Of a stretch of 64,000 nucleotides of DNA, positions 59,212 to 64,000 are shown piece after piece. The notes under the pieces were generated by a model, which saw only the letters and a program-made list of their open reading frames with translations, made no database searches and was not told the origin of the DNA. A program made the translations under genes and the position numbers. Position 1 is the stretch's first letter. Every line of letters begins with the position of its first letter. The DNA is from an uncultured Alphaproteobacteria bacterium (GTDB lineage: Bacteria; Pseudomonadota; Alphaproteobacteria; UBA7887). The stretch covers positions 7,564 through 71,563 of the forward strand of contig CACETT010000002.1 in assembly GCA_902562525.1 (NCBI GenBank). Reading direction: 5' to 3'.

Positions 59212-60153
59212 GTGTCCGGAATTCTCGTGATAAAGCTTGGAGCATTAGGCGACTTTATTCAGGCATGTGGGCCTTTTAAGGCTATCAGAGACCACCATGT
59301 TGGGGCCAATATAACATTGCTCACAACGGTTCCCTTTGTTCCGTTAGCAGAAGCTACGGGGTATTTTGACATAGTTTGGGTTGATCCTCGTCCTTCCCTG
59401 TTCCAAATTTCGGGGTGGGTTCGGTTGCGGCGGTTATTGCGATCCCAAGAGTTTACCAGAGTTTATGATCTGCAAACTTCAGATAGGACAGCTTTTTACT
59501 TTAGATTATTTGAGCGTTCCCGTCTCCCAGAGTGGTCTGGGATAGTTCCAGGTTGTTCTCACCCCCATCGTAATCCGAAGCGGGATACTATGCATACGTT
59601 AGATCGGCAGTCAGAGCAGCTTGGCCAAGCGGGTATAGATGATGTGCCGTCGCTGGAATTGGGTTGGCTTAGTTCTCCTGTGGAGAAGTTTAGGTTGCCG
59701 AGAAAATATGCTTTGTTGGTGCCTGGCGGGTCCGCAGAACGACAAAATAAACGGTGGCCCGTCAAGCGGTATAGGGAAGTAGCCGGGAAATTGGTCTCAT
59801 CGGGAATAAATGTATTTTTAGTGGGGGACGCAACTGAAAGAGAGTTGCACGCTCAGATAGCCGAGGACTTGGATGGTGTAGTCTCACTAGGGGGAAAAAC
59901 TAGTCTCGCGGAACTTGCAGAATTGAGTCGTTCGGCAGAGGTAAGTGTGGGCAACGACACTGGCCCTATGCATATTATTGCTGCCGGTAAACGGCCAACC
60001 GTTGTTCTTTTTGGTGTAGCATCAGATCCAGAGCTCTGTGCGCCGCGTGGTGAAAATGTCAGGTGTCTGATGGGAGTTGGTATAGGTTCTATAAGTAATT
60101 TGTCAGTCGGAGACGTTTGGACCGCAATCAGAGACGTGGCAGCGTTAGCTTGA
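59212..60153 (+). CDS. Glycosyltransferase family 9 (heptosyltransferase-like)
   Basis: ILVIKLGALGDFIQ N-terminal motif, KRWP, VGNDTGPMHIIAA. Confidence 0.8.
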   Translation: MSGILVIKLGALGDFIQACGPFKAIRDHHVGANITLLTTVPFVPLAEATGYFDIVWVDPRPSLFQISGWVRLRRLLRSQEFTRVYDLQTSDRTAFYFRLFERSRLPEWSGIVPGCSHPHRNPKRDTMHTLDRQSEQLGQAGIDDVPSLELGWLSSPVEKFRLPRKYALLVPGGSAERQNKRWPVKRYREVAGKLVSSGINVFLVGDATERELHAQIAEDLDGVVSLGGKTSLAELAELSRSAEVSVGNDTGPMHIIAAGKRPTVVLFGVASDPELCAPRGENVRCLMGVGIGSISNLSVGDVWTAIRDVAALA

Positions 60154-60204
60154 CAGGTTTGCAGTGGATAGCGCATTGTCCGCGCCCAACAAGAAATAGG
60201 ACGA

Positions 60205-62136
60205 ATGGTGTCTGATAGCTTGGCCAAAATAACCGTTAGTCTTCCCGACAATACTTCTAGGGAATATAACAAGGGGGTAACTCCCTACGAAGTGGCGCTT
60301 GATATAGGGGAAGGCCTTGCGAAGGCATCCCTAGCTGCCGAAGTTAATGGGACATTAGTTGACCTATCTATTCCTATTGAAGCTGATGCTAGTTGCAAAC
60401 TATTAACTGTTCGGGACGACGAGTCTTTAGATTTGATCCGGCATGATACGGCCCATGTTTTGGCGGAGGCTGCAAAGGAGTTGTGGCCAGATATTCAAGT
60501 TACAATTGGTCCCGTTATCAAGGATGGTTTTTACTACGATTTTGCGAGGGAGGCTCCCTTTACACCAGAAGATTTGGTTGCCCTGGAGGATCGTATGCGG
60601 GAGATAGTCGACCGGGACGAACCGATAACTAGGGAAGTGTGGGGTAGGCAGGAGGCTTTGGAATTTTTTGCAAGTATAGGAGAGAGCTATAAGGCAGAGA
60701 TAGTGCGTGATCTGTCGGAAGATGAAGTATTGACGGTCTACAAACAGGGAAAGTTTGTGGATCTATGTCGGGGTCCTCACTTGCCTTCCACAGGTAAACT
60801 TGGAACAGCATTTAAGTTAACAAGGATAGCAGGTGCTTATTGGCGAGGAGATAGCCAGAACGAGATGTTGCAGAGGGTCTACGGGACCGCTTGGGCTAGC
60901 GAGAAAGATCTGCGGAGCTACTTAGATAGACTTGAAGAGGCAGCGCGGCGGGACCACCGTCGTCTTGGAAACGAGATGGACTTGTTTCATATTCAAGAAG
61001 AGGCAACTGGGAGTGTGTTCTGGCATGACCAAGGCTGGACCCTGTTCAGGTTGATCGAAACGTACATGAGGAGACGTTTGGAGGGTAACGGCTACTCAGA
61101 GGTAAAAACCCCGACTTTAATTGATCGTAGTTTGTGGGAGAGGTCAGGCCACTGGGATAAGTTTAGGGAACATATGTTTACCGCAGCGTCGGAAGACAGG
61201 GTTCTGGCTCTGAAGCCAATGAATTGTCCGGGCCATGTTCAAATATTTCGTCAGGGACTCAAAAGTTATCGTGACTTGCCGTTGCGGATGGCCGAATTTG
61301 GCGCTTGCCACCGCAATGAACCGTCGGGGGCACTTCATGGTTTGATGCGCGTTCGTGCATTTACTCAAGATGATGCCCATATTTTTTGTACGGAGGATCA
61401 GGTTAACAGTGAAACGGCAAGGTTTTGTGAGCTGCTTCTGGGAATTTATAAAGACTTTGGTTTCGATGATGTAATAGTCAAGTTTGCGGATAGGCCTGAG
61501 GTTCGGGCAGGGACGGACGAAACATGGCAAAAGGCAGAATCTGCTCTGAAGCACGCTTTGGATCAGACAGGTTTGGAGTATGAAGTCAATCCGGGTGAAG
61601 GCGCGTTTTACGGCCCAAAGCTTGAGTTTGTTCTGCGGGATGCTTTGGGAAGGGACTGGCAGTGTGGTACCCTGCAGGTTGATTTTGTGTTGCCAGAACG
61701 TCTAGAGGCGACCTACGTAGGAGAAGATGGGTCAAAGCATAGGCCCGTAATGTTGCATCGAGCTATTTTGGGTTCATTTGAAAGATTTATTGGGATTCTC
61801 ATTGAGCATTTTGGTGGGCGTTTCCCTACTTGGCTAGCGCCGACCCAGGCAGTAGTAGCTACGATTACCGAGGCAGCGGATGATCATGCCGGTACGGTCC
61901 ATAAGGCGCTGGTCTCGGCGGGAATTCGGGCCACTTTGGACGTCCGTAACGAGACCGTTAACTATAAGATTAGGGAACATGCCCTTAAAAAAGTGCCAGT
62001 AATCGTGGTCGTTGGATCTAGGGAGGCGGAAGATGGAACTGTCTCTCTGCGGTGGCGTGGTGAAAAAAAGCAGGAAATACTTGCGTTAGATCAGGCTGTT
62101 GATAAACTTTCGGCTCTATCCATGGCGCCAGCGTGA
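60205..62136 (+). CDS. thrS: Threonine--tRNA ligase
   Basis: TGS, second-additional, class II core and anticodon-binding order. [33 protein letters not shown] motifs. Confidence 0.97.
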   Translation: MVSDSLAKITVSLPDNTSREYNKGVTPYEVALDIGEGLAKASLAAEVNGTLVDLSIPIEADASCKLLTVRDDESLDLIRHDTAHVLAEAAKELWPDIQVTIGPVIKDGFYYDFAREAPFTPEDLVALEDRMREIVDRDEPITREVWGRQEALEFFASIGESYKAEIVRDLSEDEVLTVYKQGKFVDLCRGPHLPSTGKLGTAFKLTRIAGAYWRGDSQNEMLQRVYGTAWASEKDLRSYLDRLEEAARRDHRRLGNEMDLFHIQEEATGSVFWHDQGWTLFRLIETYMRRRLEGNGYSEVKTPTLIDRSLWERSGHWDKFREHMFTAASEDRVLALKPMNCPGHVQIFRQGLKSYRDLPLRMAEFGACHRNEPSGALHGLMRVRAFTQDDAHIFCTEDQVNSETARFCELLLGIYKDFGFDDVIVKFADRPEVRAGTDETWQKAESALKHALDQTGLEYEVNPGEGAFYGPKLEFVLRDALGRDWQCGTLQVDFVLPERLEATYVGEDGSKHRPVMLHRAILGSFERFIGILIEHFGGRFPTWLAPTQAVVATITEAADDHAGTVHKALVSAGIRATLDVRNETVNYKIREHALKKVPVIVVVGSREAEDGTVSLRWRGEKKQEILALDQAVDKLSALSMAPA

Positions 62137-62209
62137 GAATGGTCCAGTTTGAGGGCGAGCCTCACGGCGCGAATGGGTCAGGCCAAGAAAAAATATGGGA
62201 GAAGGATAA

Positions 62210-62746
62210 ATAGCTAGAATTCAGCAACCTGCACCGCCAGCTAAGGATGGGCCGCGGGTAAACGACCAGATCGGTGTGTCGTCAGTCCGATTGGTTGATG
62301 AGAATGGAGAGATGCTTGGGGTTTTATCTGTACAAGATGCTCTTGAGAGGGCTAGGCAATCTGGGTTAGATTTGGTAGAGGTTTCGCCGAACGCAGCGCC
62401 ACCTGTTTGCAAAATACTAGATTATGGAAAATTTAAATATGAGGCTCAGAAGCGGGCCAACCAAGCTCGGAAAAAACAAAAAACCTTTGACGTAAAAGAA
62501 ATCAAAATGCGACCGGGCATAGACCAGCACGACTATGACGTAAAGATGCGGGCAGTAACGAAATTTCTTGAGACAGGCGATAAGGTCAAGGTGACAATGC
62601 GTTTCCGCGGGCGTGAGATGACCCATCAGGAAATTGGAATGGGGGTCCTCATGCGGGTGCGTGAAGATTTAGAAGAGGTGGCTAAGGTGGAGCAAAGCCC
62701 GAAATTGGAAGGCAGGCAAATGACTATGGTTGTGGCGCCACGGTAG
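62210..62746 (+). CDS. infC: Translation initiation factor IF-3 (non-canonical ATA/ATT start inferred)
   Basis: The track ORF (GTG 62276) lacks the conserved N-terminus. The in-frame upstream sequence after stop 62207..62209 reads (I)[36 protein letters not shown] with no ATG/GTG/TTG. Candidate starts are ATA 62210 or ATT 62219. A GGGAGAAGGA RBS lies at 62197..62206. Confidence 0.8.
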   Translation: MARIQQPAPPAKDGPRVNDQIGVSSVRLVDENGEMLGVLSVQDALERARQSGLDLVEVSPNAAPPVCKILDYGKFKYEAQKRANQARKKQKTFDVKEIKMRPGIDQHDYDVKMRAVTKFLETGDKVKVTMRFRGREMTHQEIGMGVLMRVREDLEEVAKVEQSPKLEGRQMTMVVAPR

Positions 62747-62864
62747 CTGCGCCTTAGTTGATCCCTTTGCGGCTAGAGCTTGCAAAGCTTCCTATGCACC
62801 GTTATAAACCGAGCCTGCTTAAGACAGAAGGATAGTCGGCCTAGAAGCTGGGTAAGAGTGGAGC

Positions 62865-63065
62865 ATGCCGAAGGTAAAGACGAAGTCGAGTGCGAAAAAG
62901 CGCTTTAAACTGACAGCAACTGGCAAGGTGCGGATGAACCATGCCGGGAAGCGCCATGGCATGATCAAGCGGACAAACAAGTTCATCCGTAATGCTCGTC
63001 ACTCCACGACTATGGCCTCTGCGGATGAGAGGATCGTAAAGCGGAATTTTCTGCGTAACGGATAG
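62865..63065 (+). CDS. rpmI: 50S ribosomal protein L35
   Basis: [22 protein letters not shown]..., 66 aa. Confidence 0.95.
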   Translation: MPKVKTKSSAKKRFKLTATGKVRMNHAGKRHGMIKRTNKFIRNARHSTTMASADERIVKRNFLRNG

Positions 63066-63073
63066 GTGTTCCA

Positions 63074-63436
63074 ATGTCACGAGTGAAACGCGGCGTAACC
63101 AAGCATTTTCGCCATAAGAAGGTATTGAAGGCGGCCAAGGGGTACTATGGGCGCAGAAAGAACACCATCAGAGCAGCCAACCAGGCAGTTGAAAAGGGGA
63201 GGCAGTACGCTTATCGAGACAGGAGAACGAAGAAACGTGTTTTTCGGGCTCTGTGGATACAGAGGATAAATGCTGGGGCTCGGCTTAACGGCTTGACCTA
63301 TGGTAATTTTATCTTTGGATTGTCTCGGGCTGGAATAGATCTAGATCGTAAGATACTGGCGGACCTGGCGGTTACGCAGCCGGAGGCGTTTAAAGAGCTG
63401 GTTGATCAGGCGAAGGCTGCATTGGAGGCTGCCTAA
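63074..63436 (+). CDS. rplT: 50S ribosomal protein L20
   Basis: [30 protein letters not shown]..., 120 aa. Confidence 0.95.
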   Translation: MSRVKRGVTKHFRHKKVLKAAKGYYGRRKNTIRAANQAVEKGRQYAYRDRRTKKRVFRALWIQRINAGARLNGLTYGNFIFGLSRAGIDLDRKILADLAVTQPEAFKELVDQAKAALEAA

Positions 63437-63561
63437 CCGCATATCTGCGGGGTGGCGAATTTGTAAGGGAGGGCCTGTCGCCAAGGTGCCTTACGTGGCC
63501 AGTTTCGCCTGTCCGGAAAAACGCTTCTTTTTTTCATACCCATTAAAGTTAAAATGTGCCC

Positions 63562-64000
63562 ATGGATGCAAAACTACTAAGTGACCAGATTCGGGATGAA
63601 TATGTCGGCATGATCGCTGAGGCCCCGAGCCTCACCGAGCTGGATAGTCTCCGGGTAACCGTGCTTGGAAAGAAGGGCCGCGTTAGCCAATTGTTAGCTA
63701 AACTCCGGGACCTGAGCCCTGAAGAAAGACAGGCGGCAGGTGGTGTCTTTAACAAACTAAAGGAGGAGCTAAACCAGGCCATAGAGGCGCGGTTCTCGAC
63801 GCTAGATGCTGAACAGTTGGCGGCCAAGCTTTCGGGTGAGTCTATCGATATTACGGCTACTGTGAGGCCAGAGGGGTTAGGGACAATCCATCCGGTAACC
63901 CAAGTGCTGGATGAGGTGACCGAGATTTTTGCTGGGATGGGTTTTGCTGTGGCTGAAGGTCCAGATATAGAAACAGAGTACAATAATTTTACGGCTCTCA
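63562..64000 (+). CDS. pheS: Phenylalanine--tRNA ligase alpha subunit; 3' end cut by window edge
   Basis: Not in the ORF track because it runs off the edge. My translation is MDAKLLSDQIRDEY...LRVTVLGKKGRVSQLL...GTIHPVTQVLDEVTEIFAGMGFAVAEGPDIETEYNNFTAL. infC-rpmI-rplT-pheS synteny. Confidence 0.9.
   Translation, partial: MDAKLLSDQIRDEYVGMIAEAPSLTELDSLRVTVLGKKGRVSQLLAKLRDLSPEERQAAGGVFNKLKEELNQAIEARFSTLDAEQLAAKLSGESIDITATVRPEGLGTIHPVTQVLDEVTEIFAGMGFAVAEGPDIETEYNNFTAL

Overview
This window reads as a largely syntenic, housekeeping chromosomal segment of an alphaproteobacterium. That inference comes from gene order and protein motifs only. No database search was possible.

I support about 68 CDS, including three absent from the ORF track:
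- rpmH (44 aa)
- a DapA-like gene truncated at the left edge
- pheS truncated at the right edge

I also support 2 tRNA genes (Ala-GGC, Leu-CAG), one homopolymer-frameshifted gene, one integrase remnant and one partial tRNA-Leu copy.

Recognisable conserved blocks are:
- rpmH-rnpA-yidD-yidC-engB-argB
- dapD / gpsA-tsaD / hemC-hemD-mitofilin-like-hemY-like
- aroA-cmk-rpsA-sppA-ihfB-lapA-pyrF-trpF-trpB-trpA-accD-folC
- trxA-addA-addB-murU-like-amgK-like-tsaE-ahcY
- kdsD-lptC-lptA-lptB-ptsN-rapZ
- queG, uppP and LPS-type glycosyltransferases
- thrS-infC-rpmI-rplT-pheS

I found no CRISPR array, no rRNA, no intact mobile element, no recognisable defence island, and no convincing novel multi-gene system.

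The leads most worth a second look are:
1. A decayed tRNA-Leu-associated integrative element: truncated integrase plus formyltransferase cargo, bounded by a roughly 100-nt partial tRNA-Leu repeat.
2. An AddA whose C-terminal RecB-type nuclease motifs are substituted (VNFLVG where V-D-Y-K-T-x is expected) while the AddB nuclease is intact.
3. A 10-C homopolymer that splits a Ysc84/DUF500 gene.
4. The hemC-hemD-Mic60-like-hemY-like cluster.
5. A non-canonical (ATA/ATT) infC start.
6. An lptCAB-ptsN-rapZ locus with no rpoN or hpf.

All identity counts are hand alignments. All family assignments are motif recognition by eye.
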